Source of the DNA: a virus | Direction: 5' to 3' (one strand) | IMG/VR virus record: IMGVR_UViG_3300003322_001323 | Span: 1-64,000 of that record | Length of the DNA: 64,000 nt | Part shown: positions 17,802 through 26,662 of the stretch, piece by piece | Layout: every line of letters begins with the position of its first letter | Position numbering within the stretch: the first letter of the stretch is position 1 | The notes under the pieces: model-generated | Seen by the model: the letters and a program-made list of their open reading frames with translations, nothing else | Database searches by the model: none | What the model was told of the DNA's origin: nothing | Made by a program: the position numbers and the translations under genes

Positions 17802-19843
17802 GAGCAGGCTCCCCAATCCGCGCCGCGATCGCTCTCCACCAGCACCGGCACCTTGAGCTGGATGGCATTCTCCATGATCCGCGTCAGCTCCCGGCCGGCC
17901 TCGTCCGCGGCCTTGGTCTTGGCGATGGAGCTGCCGAGCTCGTCGTGGACGGTAACCAGGAACGGCCCAATTACGTCCAGGATGCCGGCCTCGTGCGCGT
18001 CCACCATGGATTTTTTCGTCAGGTCCGCGGAGGAGCCCTGCATCTTTCGGTTCATTGCCATGTAGGTGTTAACCCGCTCCACCTGGCGCACGCTGTAGCC
18101 GCGGTATTTGCGAAAGCCGCGCTGCGCCTCCTCGCTCGTGATCCAGTAATGCACGGCCTCGGCGCGATCGCGAAACACGGCTGCCGGGATTTTCCGCTGA
18201 TAGCGCACCGGCCCCCAGAAAGGAAAGCGCTGCTTGCGGCCCAGGATCGTGGTGACGTAGCCATTGCGCTGCGCCCAGTAGGCGCAGGCATCGAAGGTAT
18301 CCTTGGTGAAGGGCAGCTTCTCCTCGTACTCGCGCACAAACTCCTCCGCCTCCTCCACCGAGCATCCGAAGGTGAGCGCCAGCTTGGGCGGCTGGGCGCC
18401 ATAGCCCTTGGCGAAGTTGGTGTTCTTGACGCGCTTGCGCTTCTTCGAATCCTCCGGGTCCACGCCCAGCATCTGCGCCGTGAGCTTGTGGTAGTCGGTC
18501 TTGGGGTCGTTGCGGTAGGCGTCGCGCGCCTCCTCCGCGCCGCGACCCACGGCAAAGTGCGCGGTAAAGCGGTACTCGATCTGGCTGAAATCGTCGCGCT
18601 GCCACTCCTCCCCCTGCTCGGGTTCGAAAACGCCGCGCACCAGCGGCGCGATATTTTGATCCTCCTGCCAGTCGGACTCGCGCGCCGGAATGAATTGCAT
18701 GTTGGGATGCGAGCCGGCAAACCGGCTGAGCGAGCCGCCCTCGTCGTCCTTGCCCTGCTTGAAGGTCGGATGCACCCGGCCTTTATGCAGGTGGCCTAGA
18801 ATCTGACCGTCAATGAAGGTCGTTACCAGCGTATTGAACTTGCGGCCGTTCAAGAGCACGCGAACCAGGGGGTCGTTTTGATACTGCTCCATGAAGGGCT
18901 TGGTTATGGAGGGAGCGTTGGTTTTCTTGGTGCGCGGTACCTCAATACCCTTTTCTTCCAGCGCCCGATAGAAGCTGAGGGGCTCGGTGAGCTCGGCCTT
19001 TGGACCCGCCAGCCGCTTTAGCTCCTTGGTCCAGCGCGCCACCTCCTTGGTGAAGCGGGCGCGCAGCTTCATAACCTTGGCCTCGTTGACCGGTACGCCG
19101 CGCTGGCGCATCTTCACCAGGATCGGGATGAGCTTGCGCTCCAGCTCGTAGACCGGGAGCTGCTCGTCTGCTTCTAGCAGCGCCAGCTGCTTTTCCAGAA
19201 TTTGCAGCGGCCGTAGCGCGTCCACTTGCGCGTAGGGTCCCACCACGCCGGCGGGCATGCGATGAATGTTGCGTTTAACGGCGTCATCGCTGGCGCCGAA
19301 TCCCAGCGCGCTGGCCGCCTCGCGCAGCAGGTCCTCGTCCTTGCCGAGCCCCAGATGGGTCTGCGCCACGGCCTCCAGCGAATAGGAATCGCGCCACTCG
19401 TCCAGCAAAGGTTCAGCCACCAGCACGTCGTGGAATACCTTTACGTGGGTAAACTCCACGCCCCAGCAGGTGGAGAGGCCATCCAGGTCGTAGCCCAGCG
19501 ACGCGCCGACGAGCTCGCCCCGATACTCGCTGGCAAGCTTCTTCATGAAGCGCTGCACCAGGCCACGGTCCAGGTTGCCGCCGCCCTCGTGGTCGGTGGG
19601 CAGGTACCAGGCGCGCCCATCGTCGGTCGCCAGCGACACGCCTACGGGCTTGGCACCCCAGCGAAAGCCCGGCCCCTTCTCCTGCAGCTCCGGGTCGTGG
19701 GTCTCGGTGTCGATCCCCAGGCGCTTGACGCCGGCCAGGTTGATGGTGTTGAGGTCCGGCGCCACCCACTTGACCTCCGGCTGGAACAGGGCCATCTGGC
19801 CCATCTCCGCGGCCTGGAGGTGGCGGCGCGCGCCGGCGCTCAT
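17798..19843 (-). CDS. polA: Family A DNA polymerase with 3'-5' exonuclease domain
   Basis: Exo IDTET; motif A DFSQIEYR; motif B RKRVKNTNFAKGYG (Phe at the 762-equivalent position); motif C VHDEL. Confidence 0.95.
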   Translation of the reverse strand: MSAGARRHLQAAEMGQMALFQPEVKWVAPDLNTINLAGVKRLGIDTETHDPELQEKGPGFRWGAKPVGVSLATDDGRAWYLPTDHEGGGNLDRGLVQRFMKKLASEYRGELVGASLGYDLDGLSTCWGVEFTHVKVFHDVLVAEPLLDEWRDSYSLEAVAQTHLGLGKDEDLLREAASALGFGASDDAVKRNIHRMPAGVVGPYAQVDALRPLQILEKQLALLEADEQLPVYELERKLIPILVKMRQRGVPVNEAKVMKLRARFTKEVARWTKELKRLAGPKAELTEPLSFYRALEEKGIEVPRTKKTNAPSITKPFMEQYQNDPLVRVLLNGRKFNTLVTTFIDGQILGHLHKGRVHPTFKQGKDDEGGSLSRFAGSHPNMQFIPARESDWQEDQNIAPLVRGVFEPEQGEEWQRDDFSQIEYRFTAHFAVGRGAEEARDAYRNDPKTDYHKLTAQMLGVDPEDSKKRKRVKNTNFAKGYGAQPPKLALTFGCSVEEAEEFVREYEEKLPFTKDTFDACAYWAQRNGYVTTILGRKQRFPFWGPVRYQRKIPAAVFRDRAEAVHYWITSEEAQRGFRKYRGYSVRQVERVNTYMAMNRKMQGSSADLTKKSMVDAHEAGILDVIGPFLVTVHDELGSSIAKTKAADEAGRELTRIMENAIQLKVPVLVESDRGADWGACS

Positions 19844-19847
19844 GCTA

Positions 19848-20108
19848 TTACCGCGGGCCATTGTGATGATACCGGCAGCCCGGTTCTCCGAAATTGTGAT
19901 AACGATTTTCACCGCAAGAGGCATCGCAGTTGCAGCGCTCCGGCAATGTCCTAGAAACCTTGCTAATATAATCGCGCAAACTGCGTACCAGGTTGAAAGC
20001 CTTGCGGTGGAGCTGACGCGAGTGCCGATCGCGCGAGGCCTCGTCTACGAACTTGCGGGCGCAAAACTCGCAGGGCACGCGGCGAATGGATTTGGTGGGC
20101 TTAGGCAT
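19848..20108 (-). CDS. C2H2-like zinc-finger protein
   Basis: CEFC...HSRQLH. Confidence 0.6.
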   Translation of the reverse strand: MPKPTKSIRRVPCEFCARKFVDEASRDRHSRQLHRKAFNLVRSLRDYISKVSRTLPERCNCDASCGENRYHNFGEPGCRYHHNGPR

Positions 20109-20601
20109 GGCGCAGCAGCTGGCGCTCCTCCGGCGTGAGCATTATCTCTAGGCGATCCAGCACGGTTTTGCTTTGCGCCCAATAATTTTCGGTCGCCAAC
20201 TTTACCAGCTCGGCGTAATACCAGCGGCCCTTCTTTAGGTCGTCCTCACCGTTCTTGTTCTGGTAGCGGCGCACGTATTTGAGGGCGTTGCCGGCGGCGA
20301 ACTCGGGCGCCCAGCCGGATGCTACAATGTAGTCCCAAGGCTGTATGCCAGCACCGTAATGGGAAGCGCGCTGGCCCACCTCGGCCGCGTCGCCCTTGAC
20401 CTTCTGGTGTAGCTGCACCTCCAGGTCGTGGATGCGGTGTAGCATGGAAGTGATAACCTTGGAGTGCTGGAAGCTCTGCTGGGCTGCGTCCCACGGTTCG
20501 CCGTGGCGCAGCCAGCGCGTGCCGCCGCCCACCAGGTATATAACGGTATATTTTCCGCCATCCAGCTCCACGCGAAAGTCCTCTTGGCCAATGTCGCTCA
20601 T
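20101..20601 (-). CDS. DUF3310 (SaV-like) domain protein
   Basis: HYGAGIQPWDYI...GNALKYVRRYQNKNGEDDLKKGRWY. Confidence 0.85.
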   Translation of the reverse strand: MSDIGQEDFRVELDGGKYTVIYLVGGGTRWLRHGEPWDAAQQSFQHSKVITSMLHRIHDLEVQLHQKVKGDAAEVGQRASHYGAGIQPWDYIVASGWAPEFAAGNALKYVRRYQNKNGEDDLKKGRWYYAELVKLATENYWAQSKTVLDRLEIMLTPEERQLLRHA

Positions 20602-20798
20602 TTCTTGCTCAACTCCACCTCAATCAGGTTGATCGGAATGCCGCTCAGGTTGGACGCGGTTCGCAGGCGGTCCTGTGGGGTGCCATCGCGGCCGTCGCGT
20701 ACGTAGCGCACCGCGGCCGCGAGCAGCTGGGCGCGTTGTGTCTCCAGGTTTCGGCACATGTCCCGGTCTGGAAAGGTATATATGGCGGTGCTATTCAT
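20598..20798 (-). CDS. Hypothetical protein
   Basis: GGGAG RBS; coupled to neighbours. Confidence 0.45.
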   Translation of the reverse strand: MNSTAIYTFPDRDMCRNLETQRAQLLAAAVRYVRDGRDGTPQDRLRTASNLSGIPINLIEVELSKK

Positions 20799-21747
20799 CG
20801 CGATACTCCCTTGGTAATGGGGCTTTGGCCTCGCCGGGCAGCATCTTGCGATACTGACGCCAGCCGGTGAAGTTGCCGTGCTGTTCTTTGTTCTTCCATT
20901 CATACTGGCCGGAGGTTCCATAGCTTTTGAACTCAAAAGTGTCGGGAGTGGCCTGGTGCTCCGCCGGCGAGGCGTGGATGGGCTCGTCGGGGTTGTAGTA
21001 TTCCGTGCCGGGAATGTTGAGCCGGGCGTAGGTGCGCAGGTCCTCGCCCCAGCTGCTCTCCTTGCCGGTCTCGAAGCTGGAGGACGTCACGCGGGCGCAG
21101 CGCGCCACCGAGGTGATGCGCAGCCGGCGCTGCAGCTCCTCCCGGCTCAAATGCTTGGAGCAGTCCTCCCGCTCGCAGGTTAGGCGGTTGGGGTCGGTGG
21201 GGCCCACGTAGGGCAGATGCCACTCTCCCGGCGCCAGGTTAATCGGCACGCTGGCCTTGATCGCCGGCCACATCGCGTCGGCCAGCGCCTTGAACTCCGG
21301 CATGGCCATGTGATGGAGGCGCAAGCCGAAAAAGTTGTCGAAATCGGTAGCAGTGATGACGCCGTGAACCCACATAAACGGCTCCAGTAGCCGATTGGCA
21401 AGCTGCTTATGCAGTCCAAGAGCAGCTAACTGCTCCGCGTGCTCTACAGCTGATTGCGCGGCTCTATGCCATTCGTCCTTAGCGCAATTCAATGCTTCAC
21501 CAGTCAATTCTTCCGCCGCCTGCATGCCGGCCTGGTTCTTTCCCCAGAAGACGGGCATGGCGGGGTTGGTGCGAACCTCCTCCAGCAGCTTCTTTACCGG
21601 CACGGCGCGCGAGCTCCGGTAGTTGCGGCTCAGCATGCGGTGCGTGTTGATTTCCGCCAGAATGAAGCGGTGCGCCGTGACCTGGACCGTGGTGAGCCGG
21701 ACGCCGGCCGGCGAGAGGCTGTCGCAGATAACCTGGGCCTGAATCAC
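20791..21747 (-). CDS. thyX: FAD-dependent thymidylate synthase
   Basis: RFILAEINTHRMLSRNYRSSRA, HKQLANRLLEPF, HASPAEHQA. Confidence 0.9.
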   Translation of the reverse strand: MIQAQVICDSLSPAGVRLTTVQVTAHRFILAEINTHRMLSRNYRSSRAVPVKKLLEEVRTNPAMPVFWGKNQAGMQAAEELTGEALNCAKDEWHRAAQSAVEHAEQLAALGLHKQLANRLLEPFMWVHGVITATDFDNFFGLRLHHMAMPEFKALADAMWPAIKASVPINLAPGEWHLPYVGPTDPNRLTCEREDCSKHLSREELQRRLRITSVARCARVTSSSFETGKESSWGEDLRTYARLNIPGTEYYNPDEPIHASPAEHQATPDTFEFKSYGTSGQYEWKNKEQHGNFTGWRQYRKMLPGEAKAPLPREYRDE

Positions 21748-22244
21748 TTCTTGCGCTCCTTGCGAAAGAGGGTAGTTTTCGGTCCAAGCTCGGTAAGCGG
21801 CGCCGTAACCTCGCCCCGATGGATTTTTTCCACCGTCTCCTGCACGGTGGCGTAAACCTGGAAGGCCACGTTGTTGGCGCGCTCCACCGTAACGAACCGG
21901 GCAAGCTTGTACTGCTCCGGGGTCAGCTTCTTCTGCTCCTTCGTTTCCGGCGCCATGTCCATGAAGCCACTGGCATAGGCCATGCCGGCGGCGAACAGCG
22001 CGCCAATGAAGACAGCATCGCCCGTGGGAATATCAATATCCATGGCCTCCCGAATTTCCTCCAACGACCGTTTTACGGCCGGCAGGCGCTGCAAAATGTC
22101 AATGGCCGCGGTGGCCACGGCGGTTGCCTTGCGGTCCAGGCCGCCCTGCGCCTCGATCTGCTCGCGCACCTGCTGCCTGAACGCCTCCTGCCGCAGCTCG
22201 GGTGGAATGTCCTCCAGCAGCTTCTTGATAAAATCCGGGTTCAT
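21744..22244 (-). CDS. Hypothetical protein
   Basis: AGGAG RBS; helical. Confidence 0.6.
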   Translation of the reverse strand: MNPDFIKKLLEDIPPELRQEAFRQQVREQIEAQGGLDRKATAVATAAIDILQRLPAVKRSLEEIREAMDIDIPTGDAVFIGALFAAGMAYASGFMDMAPETKEQKKLTPEQYKLARFVTVERANNVAFQVYATVQETVEKIHRGEVTAPLTELGPKTTLFRKERKK

Positions 22245-22254
22245 ATGAGTTCTC

Positions 22255-22797
22255 CTATGGGCTCTGCTTAATGAATATCTGGCCGCCATAAACCTTCTGC
22301 GCCCGGGACATGCGGCGCGCGTCCTCTAAGCCCAGGCCCAGAAGCAACGAGGGAAACCACTTTTGCTCAAAGGGCTTTCCGGTCGGCTTGTAGAAGGTCA
22401 GGCGGTGGTCGGGAAACCAGATGGCCGCGCTATGCTCCATGATGAGCTGCGTCGCCCGGGTCTCGGTGGAGCGCCCGTTGAGCAGCGCTATCCCACTACG
22501 CTGCTCTATAAATTTTTTCGCCCACCGCAGCACGCCGCGATAGGGCGGATTCATGAACACCCGGTCGCTCTCCCGCCACGGATACTCCAAGCCGCAAAGC
22601 GTCGCCGGATGGTAGAAACCCTTACGCGCCTTCCTAGCGCTGCCATCGGTCAACATCAACCGCGCAGTCCGCCACGGCATCTGCGGCGGGCAGCACGGGT
22701 CCAGGTCAAACGGCCCGAGCAGCTTCACCAGCTCCGGATCGGTGAGGTAGGTGTTGGACCAGTTCTGCTGGTCGGAATAGGGCTTGGCGTCAGGCAT
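22255..22797 (-). CDS. Phage N6-adenine DNA methyltransferase (Dam_phage-like)
   Basis: LGPFDLDPC, VFMNPPY. Confidence 0.85.
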   Translation of the reverse strand: MPDAKPYSDQQNWSNTYLTDPELVKLLGPFDLDPCCPPQMPWRTARLMLTDGSARKARKGFYHPATLCGLEYPWRESDRVFMNPPYRGVLRWAKKFIEQRSGIALLNGRSTETRATQLIMEHSAAIWFPDHRLTFYKPTGKPFEQKWFPSLLLGLGLEDARRMSRAQKVYGGQIFIKQSP

Positions 22798-23257
22798 GCT
22801 GTCTCCAGGTATCCAGAGGCACACCCCTCAAATATACAAAGCTCCCCCTGCTCCGCTGCCAAAGGCTCCGCGAAGCGCTATCGTGGGCGTAGGGCTCGCG
22901 GAACACAATTCGCTTGCAGCCCGTATTCATCAGCAGCTTGACGCAGTGCAGGCAGGGGGAGTGTGTGGTGAAGCAGGTAAAGATGCGTCGCACGTCGGGG
23001 CACTTGAGCAGCGCGTTGGCCTCGGCGTGAATGGCCTCGCACAGCTCCAGGCCGGTGCCGGGCGCGCAATTGGCGCCGGCGCAAGGCGTATCAATGCAGT
23101 GCGGCATGCCGCTGGCCGGGCCGTTGTAGCCCGAGCTCAGCTCCACCCCGTCCACGTCAAACAGCACGCAGCCCACCTGCCGGCGAGCGCAGGTGCCGCG
23201 ATCGGCCCACACGGCCGCCAGGCTCAAGCCGGTGTCGTCCTTGCTGATCCGACTCAC
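22790..23257 (-). CDS. dCMP deaminase
   Basis: TCARRQVG, GYNG, HAEANAL, SPCLHC. Confidence 0.92.
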   Translation of the reverse strand: MSRISKDDTGLSLAAVWADRGTCARRQVGCVLFDVDGVELSSGYNGPASGMPHCIDTPCAGANCAPGTGLELCEAIHAEANALLKCPDVRRIFTCFTTHSPCLHCVKLLMNTGCKRIVFREPYAHDSASRSLWQRSRGSFVYLRGVPLDTWRQHA

Positions 23258-24153
23258 GCGAACAGCTCTCCGAGGAAGTGGCTTGATTGCAACGACCATT
23301 GCCCCCGCGCGCAGGCCAAGAGGTGGGAAATCAGGTCGTCGCTTGACTGGAACTCGGCGAGGTTGAGCGAGCGTAGCGCGGGATTGCTCGCCTCGTTAAG
23401 GCAGGCCCGCGCACCCTCCAGGTCCACCTGGTAGAGGTGCTGCGAGCCGGCGGTGAGGGTGAGGTAGCCCAGCTGGAGCTCTTGAAGTGCTTCCAGATGA
23501 CTGGTGGCTTCTTGAATGGTTTGCCCGTAGCATGAGCTCATTGGAACGTCACCAACATTTTGCAGGAATTTAGTGGCGCGCTGTCGTAGTTCTAGCGCCA
23601 CCACGGCCGCGGCCATTGAGAAGTTGAAGACGTCGTAGACCCAGCCGGTCCAGATGTCGGAGGAGCGCATGGTGGCAACGCAGTGAAGCTTGCCGCCGCG
23701 AATGAGGAACTGCCACGAGAGCGTGCAGGGCGTATCCTTGCTCGGGCGGGGCTGCTCGCGCCAGATGTTCACCACCGCCTGGCGCGAAGCCGGGTCCTTG
23801 ATGAGGGTGTCCACCACGAAGGAGAGTTGGTCCACGAACTTGGGCCCATAGGCGCCGAAGTAGCGCCGGCCGTCGTCGCTCAGCTCCTTGATGGCTTTGG
23901 CATAGGGCGCGATCGTGGCGACGCGATTGTCGCCGGACAGAATCCAGGCGGCCTCGGCGCACATGAACTTGTAGCCGAGCTTGCGCGCTGGTGAAATCAC
24001 CACGGGATGCTCCATTGGGATCACGGTCTGGTAGCCGATCAGCTCCCGGTTCTCGCGGCCGCGCCACGCGGCGCCAGCCGACATGGGTGATACCCGGACG
24101 CCGCTGTGCATCAGGTCCAGCAATGCTTTCTTCCAAATCAGGGTGGTGGTCAC
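23254..24153 (-). CDS. Thymidylate-synthase-fold enzyme, probable dCMP methyl- or hydroxymethyltransferase
   Basis: GAYGP, SRQAV, catalytic PC, MRSSDIWTGWVYD (Asp at the ThyA Asn177 position), GSQHLY. Confidence 0.8.
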   Translation of the reverse strand: MTTTLIWKKALLDLMHSGVRVSPMSAGAAWRGRENRELIGYQTVIPMEHPVVISPARKLGYKFMCAEAAWILSGDNRVATIAPYAKAIKELSDDGRRYFGAYGPKFVDQLSFVVDTLIKDPASRQAVVNIWREQPRPSKDTPCTLSWQFLIRGGKLHCVATMRSSDIWTGWVYDVFNFSMAAAVVALELRQRATKFLQNVGDVPMSSCYGQTIQEATSHLEALQELQLGYLTLTAGSQHLYQVDLEGARACLNEASNPALRSLNLAEFQSSDDLISHLLACARGQWSLQSSHFLGELFA

Positions 24154-25163
24154 AGCTGCAATGCCTCCTTTAACAGGGCTTGATATTTTTCGGGATGGCC
24201 GGCCTGGAAGCGGCGCGCCCACTGGGGATGCGGTACGTTGACCGCGTTGGGAAATCCCAATTCCTCAACGCTCCGCGCCGCGATGCCGCCCAGCGCAATC
24301 ACGCGCGTGGTAGCGGAGAGGTAATCGCGCAGGAACGGCAGCCAGCGCTCGGGTGCGAGGGCGTTGGTCCATAGGGCCTGATCCTCGCAGAACTTTAGGT
24401 CGCGCAGGTGCGCATTCAGGTAGCTGGCCGAGCTCGGCGCGTCGCTCCACAGGAACGGCGCGGCGCGCGGGCAGGCCCGGGGCGAGAGGCCCTCGCCCAC
24501 GAATAGGTATTTGGGATCGCGTGGGTTGCCGGTGAGATTTCCGGTGGGAGCTAGAAAGTCCCCACCAATGTCGCGCTGCAGCGCCCTCATACGACCCACG
24601 ATGGTATCCATGCTGAGGCCCAGCATCTTGGGCGAGAGGCCCGCCACCTCGAAGTCGTACACCAGCACGTCATCGCGCAACGGATAATCCTGGAACTGGG
24701 TAAGCTGCTGATAATACCATTTACCACCCGCCGCCAGGTTGCCGTCGGCCAGGTCCAGGTAGCGCTGCGCCACCATCTCGATGCGAGCGAACTTCTCCCT
24801 GCGGCTATTCTTCAACTCCTCAAAATGGTGCATGTGCCTAGCGAAGTCGTGCCGCACGCAGAGCACCGTCACCGCACCGTAGCGCATCAAAGCACGATCT
24901 AGGCATCTTGCGCCTAGATCGTACTTTGGCCCGCCGCGGAAGGTGTCGCCATATATCTGCTCGGAGAGCCAGAGCCGGTCAATGACCACCAGCCGCTTCT
25001 GGCTCATCTTGATGGCCAGGTCCACGGTCGCCAGGTGACGGAGCCAGATGTTGGGCCAGAGGCCGTTGTGGATATAGAAGGCGCCGTAGCGCTTAACCAG
25101 CTCGCGCGCGAGCGTGGTCTTGCCCGTGCCGTCGGCACCCTCTAGAACGATGATCCCACGCAT
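24150..25163 (-). CDS. dNMP kinase fused to a UDG-superfamily domain
   Basis: N-terminal LEGADGTGKTT...IDRLWLSEQIYG; C-terminal LFVGE, WTNA, VIALGGIA, VPHPQW. Confidence 0.75.
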   Translation of the reverse strand: MRGIIVLEGADGTGKTTLARELVKRYGAFYIHNGLWPNIWLRHLATVDLAIKMSQKRLVVIDRLWLSEQIYGDTFRGGPKYDLGARCLDRALMRYGAVTVLCVRHDFARHMHHFEELKNSRREKFARIEMVAQRYLDLADGNLAAGGKWYYQQLTQFQDYPLRDDVLVYDFEVAGLSPKMLGLSMDTIVGRMRALQRDIGGDFLAPTGNLTGNPRDPKYLFVGEGLSPRACPRAAPFLWSDAPSSASYLNAHLRDLKFCEDQALWTNALAPERWLPFLRDYLSATTRVIALGGIAARSVEELGFPNAVNVPHPQWARRFQAGHPEKYQALLKEALQL

Positions 25164-25164
25164 C

Positions 25165-25353
25165 TCAGTCCTTCGGCCCAATCAGGTTGAGGCTCAGCTT
25201 GACGCCCTCCGGCGCGCCGTCCACCTTGGCGAAGCCGCCGGTGCTCGCGATCATGCGCGACTTGCCGGTGCCGCTCAGCGGCGCGGCCTTCACCTGCTCG
25301 GCGCTGCACGGAATGCGCACCACCACCTCGCCGTTTTCGTATGCGATCTTCAT
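25165..25353 (-). CDS. Hypothetical protein
   Basis: SGTGKSRMIASTGG motif; GGAG RBS. Confidence 0.6.
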   Translation of the reverse strand: MKIAYENGEVVVRIPCSAEQVKAAPLSGTGKSRMIASTGGFAKVDGAPEGVKLSLNLIGPKD

Positions 25354-25419
25354 TTAATTCTCCCAGCTCTGCTTCGAGGCTAAACCCTAACCTCTCGGGT
25401 AAACAAAAGTAAACATCGT

Positions 25420-25908
25420 TTATTCGCCGACCCGGAAGCGCGCGGCGTGCCGCTCCAGCGCCGGCGCGTGATCCGGCGGCACAAAGTCAACCGGCTTCAC
25501 CACGTCTAGGCTGTGTCCGCGAGTCGATCTTTCGTCGCTCGCGGACACGGCGCGCTCCTTGCTCATGTTGGCGCGCTGCACCTCGGCAAAGACCTCGTTG
25601 AGCGGAACGCCCATCATGTGCGCCGTGCCATCCAGAACATATTTCAGGTCGGCCAGTGCATCGGCGCCGCCCTCAAGGTCCTGCTGCGCTGGGTCCACGG
25701 GGTAGCTCTCGATGCTGCGGCTCATGTTCTGCAGCTGCACGCCAAGCCGGATCATGCCGCAGGCCTGCGCAAACTCGGCGAGCTCCTCCAGCAGAAAGGC
25801 CATGCGAAAGCGAACCACGTCATCGGTCGGAAAGCCCGGCGGGGTACCATCGGCCACCGCCAGCCCAAACTTCTTGTGAAACTCACCCACGGCCGTGAAG
25901 GTATCCAT
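25420..25908 (-). CDS. MazG-like (DR2231/PRA-PH type) NTP pyrophosphohydrolase
   Basis: EFHKKF, LLEELAEF, DALADLKYV, EVQRANMSK, VVKP. Confidence 0.88.
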   Translation of the reverse strand: MDTFTAVGEFHKKFGLAVADGTPPGFPTDDVVRFRMAFLLEELAEFAQACGMIRLGVQLQNMSRSIESYPVDPAQQDLEGGADALADLKYVLDGTAHMMGVPLNEVFAEVQRANMSKERAVSASDERSTRGHSLDVVKPVDFVPPDHAPALERHAARFRVGE

Positions 25909-25913
25909 AGCTC

Positions 25914-26453
25914 TTATCTCCGATTTAGAACGTTGATGATTTCGACCTCGCTGATGGGACGATAGTCGGCGTAGTCGCAGTCCACGCCCACGTCCAGGAA
26001 GGTGCAGCCTTCCAGCCGGGGCGAGTGCAGCTCGGGTCGGCCCTTACGGCCGTGCAGGTGCCCGTGCAGCACCAGGCCGGAGCCCATCGGGGCGTGCAGG
26101 TGGAGCCGATAGGGGTCATGGATCAGATGCGCCGGCGTACCGTTGGCCAGCGTCAGGGTCCGGTAATGGAAGACCTCACCCCAGCCGTTCGCCTTGTAGA
26201 CATCGCGGTGATCGTGGTTGCCGATGCCCAGATGCTTGCGGCCCTTGAGACCGGCCAGCACCTGCTCCAGGTCGCGCCGGCGCCAGTAGAGCGCCACGTC
26301 GCCCAGCACCCAGACGTCATCGGCGTCGCCCACGGTGTCGTTCCACCGCTGCGTCAGCTGTTCCGTCATGTGGGCCAGGTCGCGAAATGGCCGCTCGCAG
26401 TAGTCAATGATCTTGTCGTGACCGAAATGGAGGTCGGAGGTAAAATAGTTCAT
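25914..26453 (-). CDS. Calcineurin-like metallophosphoesterase
   Basis: SDLHFGH, LGD, GNHD, HGHLH, DVGVD. Confidence 0.9.
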   Translation of the reverse strand: MNYFTSDLHFGHDKIIDYCERPFRDLAHMTEQLTQRWNDTVGDADDVWVLGDVALYWRRRDLEQVLAGLKGRKHLGIGNHDHRDVYKANGWGEVFHYRTLTLANGTPAHLIHDPYRLHLHAPMGSGLVLHGHLHGRKGRPELHSPRLEGCTFLDVGVDCDYADYRPISEVEIINVLNRR

Positions 26454-26662
26454 CCGTCCACCATCTTCGTTAGATGCCGCGCCCGCGCCGTTTCGCCACC
26501 TACATCGTGGAATGGACACGCCTTCTTGTGCGAGCCGCGCTGATAATAGTTCGCGCCGTTATAACCGCAAAAGACGCAGGGCGCCGCCAGCAGATTGCTA
26601 GCTAATACTGGCTCTAGCAACCGATCCAGTATGGCCTTAGCCTGTTTATTCAGCAGCTTCAC
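26450..26662 (-). CDS. Small Cys/His protein
   Basis: CVFCGY...HKKACP; GAGGAGG RBS. Confidence 0.55.
   Translation of the reverse strand: MKLLNKQAKAILDRLLEPVLASNLLAAPCVFCGYNGANYYQRGSHKKACPFHDVGGETARARHLTKMVDG

Noticed and set aside
17798-19843. DpoZ (2-aminoadenine) or 7-deazaguanine system
   Set aside because: No PurZ, DatZ, DpdA, QueC/D/E or FolE homologue recognised in the window.
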